Source of the DNA: an uncultured Candidatus Binatia bacterium
Lineage (GTDB): Bacteria > Desulfobacterota > Binatia > Bin18
Assembly (NCBI GenBank): GCA_965232605.1
Contig: CBDDQA010000006.1
Location: forward strand, 318,556 to 382,555
Length of the DNA stretch: 64,000 nt
Reading direction: 5' to 3'
Under the pieces are notes generated by a model that saw nothing but the letters and a program-made list of their open reading frames with translations, did no database searches and was not told the origin of the DNA. Below, in pieces: positions 10,561-19,982 of this stretch (the stretch's first letter is position 1; each line of letters opens with the position of its first letter). Made by a program: the position numbers and the translations under genes.

Positions 10561-11499
10561 ATGACAGCAGCACAGATCAATCATGCCATCCCGAACGCGG
10601 ATGGCAGCCAGCGCTACGCGTATGATAACAGTTTTCAACCACTGCCGGCCGGGGTGACGCGGCGCAAGAATGGAGAATCGCAGACGTTTAGCGTCGAGGT
10701 GCACGACGGCCGGACCTTGTCACCGCCCCCCTCGTTAATGAGCAATGGCTATTGCCTGGCCCGGGATTTCGACACCGCACTCGACTTACAGCACGACGGC
10801 TTGGACTCCGAGCGGATCGTGCATACGTATTACCCCGAAATTCGTCGTCTCGTCACTGAAGCGCTTGGTGGTGCCGACGCGGTAAAACGCGCCATTGTTT
10901 TCGACCACACGATTCGCTCCAGGGTCCGAAAAGCCACAGGAGAAAAAGAGACCAACGGCGAGAACGTCGGCGGCTATGCGAGTGCGGCGCATAACGACAA
11001 CACGAGTGCTTCGGCGAAAAATCGGGTGCGCTTATTGTCCAAAGCGAAAGCGGCCGGCGGGAGCTTGACCTTGCCCACACCGCCCTTAACGGAGCCCGAG
11101 GCGGAAAAAATCGTGTCCGGGCGGTTCGGGATATTCAATGTCTGGCGGCATTTCCGCACGGACTACCCGGTCCTGGATTACCCGCTGGCGGTACTCGACG
11201 CCCAATCCGCCCGTCCGGAGGACTTCCTCAGCAGTCTCTATATTTATCCCGACCGCGTAGGGGAAGTGGTCAGTGTTGTCAGAAATCCCGAGCATCGTTG
11301 GATCTACTATAGCGCAATGCGTCATCACGAGGCGTTAATTTTCAAAGTGTTCGACTCTTCATCCGAACTCGGGGCGTGCACCGCCGAACAATGTCCGCCC
11401 AATACGGCGCATACCTCTTTTCGCCTCGCCGGCGCGGATGCTTCCACACCTGCGCGCGAATCGATTGAGTGCCGGGTTTTGGTGGAGTTTGTGGCGTAA
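10561..11499 (+). CDS. CmcJ/NvfI-family oxidoreductase (divergent third member)
   Basis: YYPEI, FDHTIR, AHND, FNVWR, PLAVLDA, HRWIYYSAM..EALIFKVFDS, HTSF, RESIECRVLV. Alternative start at 10519. Confidence 0.85.
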   Translation: MTAAQINHAIPNADGSQRYAYDNSFQPLPAGVTRRKNGESQTFSVEVHDGRTLSPPPSLMSNGYCLARDFDTALDLQHDGLDSERIVHTYYPEIRRLVTEALGGADAVKRAIVFDHTIRSRVRKATGEKETNGENVGGYASAAHNDNTSASAKNRVRLLSKAKAAGGSLTLPTPPLTEPEAEKIVSGRFGIFNVWRHFRTDYPVLDYPLAVLDAQSARPEDFLSSLYIYPDRVGEVVSVVRNPEHRWIYYSAMRHHEALIFKVFDSSSELGACTAEQCPPNTAHTSFRLAGADASTPARESIECRVLVEFVA

Positions 11500-11651
11500 C
11501 TGATGATTCCTGTAGAGACGTGTGGTAGGAGTGGGTATATTGTGAGGAGTGCACACCACAGTGACGCCTCACACGGGGGTCACAATTTGACCATACGGTC
11601 CGGAAGGTCACACCAGGGACCGCGCTCACGCGCGGAAAGGGAGGGTCTCAA

Positions 11652-12827
11652 ATGACATTGGCAGCAACGGAACTCTATACCGGCAACTACGGTATCATGG
11701 ACACGGACGGGCATATCATTGAACCGGCCGATCTGTGGACCGGTGACCTGATGGAAGCCAAGTATAAAGATCGGGGCCTCCGCTTCGGTCGGACTGCCGA
11801 GGGGCCGCATCTCCAGCTAGACGGGCAATTCCTCCGAGGCAATGACCTCAAGAGTGTCCAAGCGATCATGGGTATGGGTCGGACACTCACGGAGATGGAG
11901 GGACTCAAGATGGAATGGCCGGGGGACGCTGATCCAGCTGGCTACAACCCCACGGCGCGACTGGCCCGAGCGGACGCTGAGGGACTCGAATATACCGCGA
12001 TCTTCACGTCCCTCGGGCTCCTGTGGAATACCCACATCACGGATATTGAGTTGGCCCATGCCATGTGTCGGGCCTACAATCGGTGGGTGATTGACTTCTG
12101 CTCCGGGAGCAATGGCCGGCTTGTGCCGATAGCGCATTGCTTTCTTGGGGACCCCAAGGTCGCCGCAGAAGATCTCACAGCAGCGGTGAAGGCCGGCGCC
12201 AAGGGTGCGATGATCGTGACCTTTAATATCCGGAGATTACCCTTGGGGGATACGGAATGGGACCCCTTTTATGCCGCCGCCCAGGAGCTGGATGTACCGA
12301 TTTGCATCCACGTGTCTGGCGAGCTCCGGGAGTATCGGCCGTTTACCAGAATCCAGCCTAAAATCCTGCATGACGGTGGGCAATTTCTGATGTCCGTCCT
12401 GGGTGGCAGAGTGGCAATGGAAATCGCTCTCGTCGATATGTTTCAGTACGGGCTGTTCGAGCGCTTCCCGCGACTGCGCGTCGGCTTCTTTGAAGGCGGC
12501 GCGGGTTGGGTTCCTTCCTTGCTCGATAAAATGGAAGCGGTCTTCGATACCCAGGTCGGTGAGCGCGGTGTCAAGCTAACCGCTCGACCGAAGGAGACCT
12601 TCGCTCGGCAATGCTTTGTGAGCGGCGATCCGGACGAAACGGGGTGGGCCAAAACAATCGAAGACTTCGGCCCCCATCAGTTCGGCTGGGCGTCGGATTT
12701 TCCGCATCCGGACCACCCCGGAAACTATATGGAACATCTTGCTCACCTCGCCGGCAGCCTCCACACCCCGGAAGCCCGCAACGGCCTGTTAGGAGATGCT
12801 TCGGTCCGGTTTTTCGGGCTGGCTTAA
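11652..12827 (+). CDS. Amidohydrolase_2 family protein
   Basis: DTDGHIIEP, RAYNRW, PICIH, FERFPRLRVGFFEGG, WASDFPHPD. Confidence 0.9.
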   Translation: MTLAATELYTGNYGIMDTDGHIIEPADLWTGDLMEAKYKDRGLRFGRTAEGPHLQLDGQFLRGNDLKSVQAIMGMGRTLTEMEGLKMEWPGDADPAGYNPTARLARADAEGLEYTAIFTSLGLLWNTHITDIELAHAMCRAYNRWVIDFCSGSNGRLVPIAHCFLGDPKVAAEDLTAAVKAGAKGAMIVTFNIRRLPLGDTEWDPFYAAAQELDVPICIHVSGELREYRPFTRIQPKILHDGGQFLMSVLGGRVAMEIALVDMFQYGLFERFPRLRVGFFEGGAGWVPSLLDKMEAVFDTQVGERGVKLTARPKETFARQCFVSGDPDETGWAKTIEDFGPHQFGWASDFPHPDHPGNYMEHLAHLAGSLHTPEARNGLLGDASVRFFGLA

Positions 12828-12839
12828 CAGCCAAGGAAC

Positions 12840-13643
12840 TTGATGGCCACCCGGAGTTTCCCGACCGACGGTCCCCTCCGCCTGTACTACCACCGCACCA
12901 GCAGCGCCTCGATGCGCGTAACGCTGTATTTACGGTGTCGTGGCGTCCTGTCTTCGCACGTCAGCCTGGTGAGTACGGGTTTCGGCACCGATGACCGCGG
13001 TATCCCCGTTTACAGCCTGCCGCAAAACGATCCCGAAACGGAGCGGCTGGGGACGACGGACCTCAAGGCGTTCAACCCGGAGGGACGCGTCCCCGTCCTG
13101 TTGCTGCCGGACGGAAGGACGATGACGCAATCGGGTCCGATCATCGAGCTGATCGAAGACTGGTTCGACCATGACGGTCCGCCGCTGTTGCCCGCGGACC
13201 CCTGGCTGCGGGCGCAGGTTCGCCGCCTCATGTGGATCATTGCGGCCGATACCCAGCCGTATCAGAATATCCCGTTTATTATTCAGGCCATCGGCGAATG
13301 GGGGATGACCAAAGCCCCGCCGACGGAGCATCCGCTCCGGTTGCACTTCATCCGCCGTGAATTCGGCGCCATCGAACACATCATGTCGCAGTGTGCCGGG
13401 ACATTCTCTGTCGGTGACGCGATTACCTACGCCGACTGCTTCATCGTCCCGCAGATACGCAACGCGCTGCTGGCCGGCATTGACCTGCCGAGCGAGTTCC
13501 CGACGCTGAACCGCGTGTGGGAAAACATGCTGGCCGTGCCCGCAGTCCAGGCGGTTCTGGACCAGGCCGGCGGCGTCGTGCAGCCGCTGTTTTTCGATGA
13601 GGAAAAATTCGAAGTCTACGCTGACAACGCCAAACCCGAGTAG
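12840..13643 (+). CDS. Maleylacetoacetate isomerase / GST zeta-like protein
   Basis: SSASMRV, FNPEGRVPVL, TQSGPIIE, IAADTQPYQN, FSVGDAITYADCFIVPQI. Confidence 0.8.
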   Translation: MMATRSFPTDGPLRLYYHRTSSASMRVTLYLRCRGVLSSHVSLVSTGFGTDDRGIPVYSLPQNDPETERLGTTDLKAFNPEGRVPVLLLPDGRTMTQSGPIIELIEDWFDHDGPPLLPADPWLRAQVRRLMWIIAADTQPYQNIPFIIQAIGEWGMTKAPPTEHPLRLHFIRREFGAIEHIMSQCAGTFSVGDAITYADCFIVPQIRNALLAGIDLPSEFPTLNRVWENMLAVPAVQAVLDQAGGVVQPLFFDEEKFEVYADNAKPE

Positions 13644-13676
13644 GGGTTGTCGTGATGAATCGTCACAGGTTCTCAA

Positions 13677-14876
13677 CTACGCTTCGCTAACGACACGGCT
13701 CGCAGCCTCGATGGCCCCTTCGCCATGGGGGATGTTCAGCGCTTTCAGACCTGCGTCGATCACCGCCAGCACGCCCAAGGTCATGTGCGCGTTCACATGC
13801 CCCATGTGGGCGACGCGGAAGAAACCATGGTAGGCGGGGTCGGAAGGTTCCGCCATGCCCAGTCCGATGCCCAGGGTCACTCCGGCCTTTTTTTCGGTCC
13901 AGCGTCTCAGTTCGGTGGCGTGCGGGGCATCCATGGAAGCCGCAGTGACCGAGTGGGAACGGTCTTGTGGGTCGTTGATGTTGAGACGAATGGCACTGCC
14001 CACTCCCCACGCATAGAACGCGGCCCAGACCGCTCGGCTGAGTTTTGCATGTCTGTCCCAGGCTGCCTCGAGCCCTTCCTCTTCCAGCAGCATGGTCAAG
14101 GCTTCACGCAGTCCCAAAAGATGGTGCGTCGGGGCGGTGCCGAAAAAGTAGTGGTAAAACACTTCCGGGTGGATGCGCGGACGGAGATCCCAGTAAGGCG
14201 TCACCAGGTCCGCTTTCTTCCGAGCTTCGAGCACCCGCTGGTTGAAAAACATGAACCCCAGTCCCGGCGGAGTCATCAGGCCCTTCTGGCTGCCGGCCAC
14301 CATCAGGTCTACGCCCCAGCGATCCATCTCAAAGGGTTCACAGGCCAGGCTGGCCATAGCGTCGACCATATACAGGGCCGGGTGCCCGCAGGAACGGATG
14401 CACTCGCCCAGGGCGGCGAGATCATTTCTGACCGAACTGGCCGTGTCCGTTTGCACGACCAGAATCGCTTTGTAGCGACGGTCCGCATCGGCTCTCAGCT
14501 TGGCTTCTACCCGATTCAGGTCCACCGGAGCCGATTTGCCGAAATCTACCAGGTCGACCTCCACCCCGAGCCGTTCAGCCATGCTGGCCCAGAATGCGAC
14601 GAAGCGGCCCGTCGCCAGGGCCAGCACCCGGTCCCCGCGCGAGAGGATGTTGGTCAGGGCGGCCTCCCAGGTGCCGTGCCCGTTGGCGATGTAGATGGCG
14701 ACTTCCCCGGAACTTCTGGCCACCCGGTTCAAATCCGGAATCATGCCTTCCACCATTTCGTGGAGGGCACCCTCATAGATATTCGGCGCGGCCTGGTGCA
14801 TTGCTTGCAGGACGCGGTCCGGAATCACCGAAGGACCCGGAATAGCGAGATAGTGACGGCCCTGGCTTAATGACAT
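13677..14876 (-). CDS. Class V PLP aminotransferase (serine/alanine-glyoxylate aminotransferase family)
   Basis: LAIPGPSVIPDRV, ANGHGTWEA, VDAMASL, GSQKGLMTPPG, FRVAHMG. Confidence 0.9.
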   Translation of the reverse strand: MSLSQGRHYLAIPGPSVIPDRVLQAMHQAAPNIYEGALHEMVEGMIPDLNRVARSSGEVAIYIANGHGTWEAALTNILSRGDRVLALATGRFVAFWASMAERLGVEVDLVDFGKSAPVDLNRVEAKLRADADRRYKAILVVQTDTASSVRNDLAALGECIRSCGHPALYMVDAMASLACEPFEMDRWGVDLMVAGSQKGLMTPPGLGFMFFNQRVLEARKKADLVTPYWDLRPRIHPEVFYHYFFGTAPTHHLLGLREALTMLLEEEGLEAAWDRHAKLSRAVWAAFYAWGVGSAIRLNINDPQDRSHSVTAASMDAPHATELRRWTEKKAGVTLGIGLGMAEPSDPAYHGFFRVAHMGHVNAHMTLGVLAVIDAGLKALNIPHGEGAIEAASRVVSEA

Positions 14877-15005
14877 AGCATTCCCTGCCCCTCTTTTTCT
14901 CTGTGTTACGCGGCTTCAAACTCCACTCTTTGGACGTGTGAGAGACATGAGTGATAATCCTCATAGTCTAATATGTGTATGTTCCATCCTTACACTCAAA
15001 CGTAA

Positions 15006-15041
15006 GCCGCCGGTTACCGCTTACCCATATTGACCGGCGGC
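15006..15041. other. GC-rich hairpin in intergenic region (possible terminator or regulatory stem)
   Basis: GCCGCCGGT (15006-15014) pairs with ACCGGCGGC (15033-15041). Confidence 0.3.
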
Positions 15042-15292
15042 CCTTCAGCTTTCCAGCCTCCCCGAGATCGCTTCGGGCAGAGAGTATCAGCAAAGCTGAG
15101 AAAGGGGAATTTTCTGAGCCTGAAGAAACTGGCAACGTCCCTCCTTTTTCCTAACGGCACCGATGCACGTGGGATAGTCCTTGACCCCCAATGCCTTCTG
15201 TTTTAGAAGCCATCTGGTTCAAAAATTAAGGCCGGTGATCTGGGAATTCTGGTGGTTAGGGCTTGGTTTCCACTCTGAGTTAGGAGCAACAC

Positions 15293-16330
15293 ATGAAAAC
15301 ATCCATCATGGTCGGCGGAGCGACGTATACCGATACGCAGAGCATGGTTGAGCTTGTCCAACACGCCGAGCGTGTTGGTGTCGATCATGTCTGGTCGGCC
15401 GAGGGGTGGAGCCAGGATGCGGCAACATCCCTTGCCTATCTCGCTGGCCAGACTGAGCGCATCATCCTCGGCACCGGTATTATGCAGATCAGTGCCCGTG
15501 CACCGTCGATGCTGGCGATGACAGCCCTGTCCTTACACGATCTCTCCGGGGGACGCTTCATCTTGGGCTTGGGAACAAGCGGCCCCCAAGTCGTGGAAGG
15601 GTTGCAGGGCGTCCCATTTCACGCGCCGCTTACCCGACTGAAAGAGACCATCGATATTATCCGCATGGCCTTTCGAGGTGAGAAGCTCCGCTATGAAGGC
15701 AAGTTCCATACCCTGCCGCGCCCGGGTGGTGAGGGCAAGGCGCTCCGGCTTGACCATAAGCCCGTGGACATCCCCATCTTTCTGGCAACCCTGGCACCCA
15801 AGGCGCTTGAATATACGGGCGCAGCGGCAGATGGTTGGCTAGGTACCTCATTTTCGCCTGAGTGTCCCGAAGCCCATCTGGCGTATATTCGTAAAGGGGC
15901 AGAAGCAGCCGGACGGAAACTCAGCGACATTTCCCTGCATGCTGGGTGTGTGGTTGCGCTTGGCGACAATGTCGAAGAGCTCATCAACATGCGCAAGCCA
16001 TCTGTCGCCTTTAGTATGGGCGCTATGGGCTCGGCCACAACGAATTTTTACAATGCAGCCTTCCAACGCGCAGGGTTCGAAGACGATGCCAAGGCTATTC
16101 AACAACTATGGCGTAAGGGAAAACGCAAAGAAGCCGCCGAGCGCGTTCCGGACGCTATGGTGACGCAGTTCGGGGCTGTCGGGACCCCAGACATGATTCG
16201 CAAACGCTTTCAAAAATACAAAGACGTGGGAATTGACGGACTCACACTCCGCATTGAAGCCGCGGATCATGCGAAACGCATGGCAGATCTCGAACAGGTT
16301 ATGGATGTGGTTGGCTCGATTGAAAAGTGA
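15293..16330 (+). CDS. LLM class oxidoreductase, F420-dependent type
   Basis: WSAEGWSQDAATSLAYLAGQTERIILGTGIMQISARAP...SGGRFILGLGTSGPQVVEGLQG; AGGAG RBS. Confidence 0.9.
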   Translation: MKTSIMVGGATYTDTQSMVELVQHAERVGVDHVWSAEGWSQDAATSLAYLAGQTERIILGTGIMQISARAPSMLAMTALSLHDLSGGRFILGLGTSGPQVVEGLQGVPFHAPLTRLKETIDIIRMAFRGEKLRYEGKFHTLPRPGGEGKALRLDHKPVDIPIFLATLAPKALEYTGAAADGWLGTSFSPECPEAHLAYIRKGAEAAGRKLSDISLHAGCVVALGDNVEELINMRKPSVAFSMGAMGSATTNFYNAAFQRAGFEDDAKAIQQLWRKGKRKEAAERVPDAMVTQFGAVGTPDMIRKRFQKYKDVGIDGLTLRIEAADHAKRMADLEQVMDVVGSIEK

Positions 16331-16414
16331 ACTGATAACCCCTTTTCCTGAGATGGGACCTTTTATTATCGCGGAAGAATTGTAGACCGGCTATATCTGT
16401 TCAAAGGAGCAAAG

Positions 16415-17575
16415 ATGCACGACAACGACCAAGCCATGCGCGAGTTTGCCAAGACCTTAGCGCTGCCAGAATTTGAAGAAACCGCTTTCACGAAACCACC
16501 ACCGCTGCGAGAGGCGCACGTGGCGATCGTGACCAGCGCCGCGCTCCACCGAATCGGCAGCCCCAAGTGGAAGGTTGAGGATTTCCACTTTGAGACCTTG
16601 CCGAATGACGCCCGCGATCTGAAGCTCGGCCACCTGAGCCCGAACTTTGACCGAGCTGGCTTTGCCGCTGACATGAACGTCGTCTATCCGGTCGACCGCC
16701 TGCAGGAACTCTCCGATCAGGGGGTGATCGGCAGCGTCGCTCATCACCACTACGCCTTCGCCGGCAACCAACCCGAAGGGCTATCCGCGCTGCGCTTGGA
16801 TACTGGTCCGGCCTGCGCTCAAAAGATGCGTGAGGATGGCGTGGATGTTGTCCTGCTCACTCCGGTTTGACCGCTGTGTCCGCGTACCGTGTGTACGCTG
16901 GCCCACATCTTCGAGGCGGCTGGCCTGTCAACGGTCGTGATCTCGCCGATGCGTGATGTTGCCGAACGCATGCGTCCACCACGCGTGCTGTATGCAGAAT
17001 TTCCATTAGGGCTGCCTCTCGGCAAGCCCCGCGACGCGGCCTATCAGCACCGGGTGCTCGAAGCGGCCTTTGCCCTGCTGGAGCGGCCGAGTGGACCGGT
17101 TCTCGTAGACTTCCCGGAGACGATCCAAAGCAGGGGCGGAGAGCCCTTAGCGTGTCCGCTTCCGCCTCGTTATGATCCGAACCTGCACCCAGCCATTGAC
17201 GAAGCACAAGCGTTACGCGCCGCTTACGACCGCGCCGTAGCGAAAACTGGGCGGACCAGTGTCGGCCGGGTGATCAATGCGAATCAGATTCCTGCCGCAC
17301 TCGAAAAGTTCGTACGTATCGCGGAAGGGGAAGCCTGGGATCAGGTTGGGCTCGAGGAGACGACGATGCAGGTCGTGCACGATATCCGGGCCTACTACGA
17401 AGAGCTGGCCTGCGAACTGGTAGCCGACGAGCCCATTCCGGCGTGGAGCGCTGAGCGTTGGTTCTACGACAAAACCGAGGCCGGTCAGGTGTTGCTGACG
17501 GCCCGCCGTACGCTGAAGGAGAGTGGGGCGGACCGTCCAATTTGGTTTTTCATGGCCCCGGGCTCACGCCAGTAA
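16415..17575 (+). CDS. Selenoprotein of the GrdB/PrdB (glycine/proline reductase selenoprotein B) family, 386 aa, Sec at UGA 16868-16870
   Basis: ORFs 16415..16870 and 16889..17575 are in the same frame, separated only by TGA plus 6 sense codons. Joined, they read VLLTPV-U-PLCPRTVCTLAHIFEAAGLSTVV...RPPRVLYAEFPLGLPLGKP, i.e. the UxxC motif. The N-terminal half has DMNVVYPVDRLQEL..GVIGSVA. Confidence 0.85.
16880..16901 (+). promoter_or_regulatory. Candidate bacterial SECIS hairpin
   Basis: Stem GCGTAC (16882-87) / GTACGC (16893-98), loop CGTGT with G as 2nd loop base 19 nt after UGA, extended by CC/GG with a bulged T. Confidence 0.65.
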
Positions 17576-17630
17576 AGCCGGTCGTAGTTGGACATCGGAT
17601 AAAGATTCTTTACAGCGAAAGGAGAGGCAT

Positions 17631-18473
17631 ATGAAGCTGAGTGTGAACTTGCGGAATTGGGGTCCGCATTCGACCGCTGACCTCATGCTCGAATGTGCCC
17701 ATGCGGCCGATGAGTCCGGCCTGGATACGCTCTGGATTAACGAGCATATTGCGATCCCCCCGAATCTCGAAATGCCAGGCGGCTTCCCTGATTTCTCACA
17801 AGGACGGGTTCTCGATCCGTTTGCGACGCTCGCCTTCCTGGCCTCGGCGACACAACGGATCGGCCTCGGTACGGCCGTCATCCTCCTCCCCTACCGTCCC
17901 CCGCTGCCAACGGCAAAACTCGTCGCAACCGTCCATGAACTGTCGGGCGAGCGTTTGCGTTTGGGCGTAGGCGTGGGCTGGATGAAAGAGGAATTTCAGG
18001 CCCTCGGGGTCGACTACCGTCGGCGCGGGGCAATGACGAACGACACCTTGGCCTTTATCCGCCAGTGTTTTGATGGGGACGATATAACTGAAGCGAATGG
18101 GCAACCCTTTTTATTTCGGCCTCGCCCCGCCTGCCCCCCAATTTATGTTGGGGGTGCACCACCGCATAGCCTTGAACGCACGGTAAAATACGGTCACGGC
18201 TGGATTCCAGCTGGTGTCGAGGCGGAAGCCCTCAAGCCCGATATTGAAAAGCTGCAACAGATGGCCCGGGAGGCGGGCCGCGCGGCGCTTGAAGTGGTTG
18301 CCATGAAAACCTTGCCTATCGACGATCCACCAAAGGCGATCGACTACGCGAAAGGCTTTGCAGAGGTAGGCGTGGCCCATCTTGTCCATACCCAGGGGTA
18401 CGAGAGTGCGGCTGCATATCGACAGAACATCGCTATTCTCGAAGAAAGAATTCGACCCGCTTTAGCCGACTAA
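17631..18473 (+). CDS. LLM class oxidoreductase, F420-dependent type (Rv2161c-like)
   Basis: GGAGAGG RBS then MKLSVNLRNWG; WINEHIAIP, LDPFATLAFLASATQRIGLGTAV, RLRLGVGVGWMKEEF. Confidence 0.9.
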   Translation: MKLSVNLRNWGPHSTADLMLECAHAADESGLDTLWINEHIAIPPNLEMPGGFPDFSQGRVLDPFATLAFLASATQRIGLGTAVILLPYRPPLPTAKLVATVHELSGERLRLGVGVGWMKEEFQALGVDYRRRGAMTNDTLAFIRQCFDGDDITEANGQPFLFRPRPACPPIYVGGAPPHSLERTVKYGHGWIPAGVEAEALKPDIEKLQQMAREAGRAALEVVAMKTLPIDDPPKAIDYAKGFAEVGVAHLVHTQGYESAAAYRQNIAILEERIRPALAD

Positions 18474-18504
18474 GGAAAAGGTCCTGGGAGAGCCGGGAAT
18501 ACGT

Positions 18505-19701
18505 CTAAATCACCCCATCCTCTTTCAGCCGTGTTAGCTCTTCTTCCGAAAGATCCAATAACTGCCCGTACACCAGCTCATTATGCTGGCCGAGGGTCGG
18601 GCTGGGGGAGTCAATCGACGGCTGTTCACCGTTGAAGCGCCACGGTGGGCCTGGGATGGGTACGGTGCCGGCCATGGGATGGCTGATATCTTGGAGTATC
18701 CCGCGCGTACGTAAATGCGGCTCTGAGAGCAATTCGGCCACTTCTTTCACCGTGCCACAGGTTATGCCGACCGTTGAACAGCGTTCCATAACGTCCTGTT
18801 TGGTATGCTGCCTCGTCCAGGTACTGACAATGTCATCGAGTTCTTCCCAGCGCTTTGAACGTTCAGCTTTTGTGGCGAATTTTGGGTCGTCGCTCAGCTC
18901 CTGGCGATCCATGAGCGTACACAAGGCTTGCCAGCGTTGGTCGTCTAGCACGAGCAGCAGGACATAGCCGTCTTGGGTAGGATAGCAATCGTAAGGCGAA
19001 AAAATATGACCAGGCACGCTATTGCCGGCCCGTTCATAGGTCTCGCCTTGCCCCAGGTAGGCGGCAATGAGGCTTGCCATTGGACCAATCGCGGACTCAT
19101 ACAACGAAGTTTCCATGAACACACCCTCTCCGGTGCGGTCGCGTTGGCGCAAGGCCACGATAATCCCGGTGGCAAAGTGAATCCCGCCCAGAATATCCAT
19201 GATCGGGGTCCCGGCTTTTGTGGGCGGACCGTCCGGAGCCCCGGTCGCACTCATGAGCCCGGACATGGCCTGAACAATAGGATCAAAAGCGGGATAGGCG
19301 CTATACGGACCCGACTGCCCATAGCCTGTGCTCGAAGCGTAGACGAGTCGTGGGTTAATCTGCTTGAGGACGTCCCAGCCCAAGCCCAGCCGATCCATGA
19401 CGCCGACCGTAAAATTTTCAACCACCACGTCGGCATCTTGCACCAGTTGTTTGAAGAGCTCTTGGCCCCGTGGGGCTTTGAGGTTGAGGGTGACGCCTTT
19501 TTTATTGGAATTCAACATCACAAAGGGATAACTCTCGTTTGTGACTCCAGGGATGGGAAAAATCGTGCGGGCTCGCTCGCCTAGCTCGGGCGGCTCGATT
19601 TTGATGACTTCCGCGCCAAAGAATCCTAATACTAAGGCAGCATACGGCCCATTATAGAAATGAGTCAGGTCGAGCACCCGAACATCGTCTAAAGCTTTCA
19701 T
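18505..19701 (-). CDS. CaiB/BaiF family (class III) CoA-transferase
   Basis: LDDVRVLDLTHFYNGPYA...GAEVIKIEPP...NSNKKGVTLNLK...ADVVVENF. Confidence 0.95.
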   Translation of the reverse strand: MKALDDVRVLDLTHFYNGPYAALVLGFFGAEVIKIEPPELGERARTIFPIPGVTNESYPFVMLNSNKKGVTLNLKAPRGQELFKQLVQDADVVVENFTVGVMDRLGLGWDVLKQINPRLVYASSTGYGQSGPYSAYPAFDPIVQAMSGLMSATGAPDGPPTKAGTPIMDILGGIHFATGIIVALRQRDRTGEGVFMETSLYESAIGPMASLIAAYLGQGETYERAGNSVPGHIFSPYDCYPTQDGYVLLLVLDDQRWQALCTLMDRQELSDDPKFATKAERSKRWEELDDIVSTWTRQHTKQDVMERCSTVGITCGTVKEVAELLSEPHLRTRGILQDISHPMAGTVPIPGPPWRFNGEQPSIDSPSPTLGQHNELVYGQLLDLSEEELTRLKEDGVI

Positions 19702-19795
19702 ACTGCGCTACTCCTCCGTTTCTCGTATGCGAGCAGCTATCAGCCGAACACGGGAAAGGCAAGAAAGGCTAAGCTAATATGGGGGAAAGTAGGCT

Positions 19796-19821
19796 CAGAT
19801 TCGACTTATCCACCCAAGCCA
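19796..19821 (+). repeat. Dispersed 26-bp repeat, copy 1
   Basis: CAGATTCGACTTATCCACCCAAGCCA; 24/26 identical to 27119-27144. Confidence 0.6.
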
Positions 19822-19982
19822 TGGAGCAGTGAGACTTTCCCATAGGAAGGCATGCCCGGTCACAGCGGCGTCAAAAATGAGCCGTGCTTCGTTTGCAACC
19901 AGGACAGCTTCCTATCGGAGAGTCGATAAGATATATCTAGGCAACCTGAAAACCGACGCAAGATCAGAGAGGATGGAATACC

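Noticed and set aside
13677-13691. Aminotransferase C-terminus (VSEA*) matches 13 bp of the REP core TACGCTTCGCTAA
   Set aside because: The match is too short and the rest of the REP is absent; could be chance.
15000-15140. Hairpins upstream of the aminotransferase as a glycine or cobalamin riboswitch
   Set aside because: Consensus elements (GGAGA/CCGAAG/CUCUCAGG or the B12 box) were not found; an Rfam scan would be needed.
16415-16870. Treating 16415..16870 and 16889..17575 as two genes or a nonsense pseudogene
   Set aside because: The UGA falls exactly at the family's catalytic UxxC position with a SECIS-like stem, and the second ORF has no RBS.
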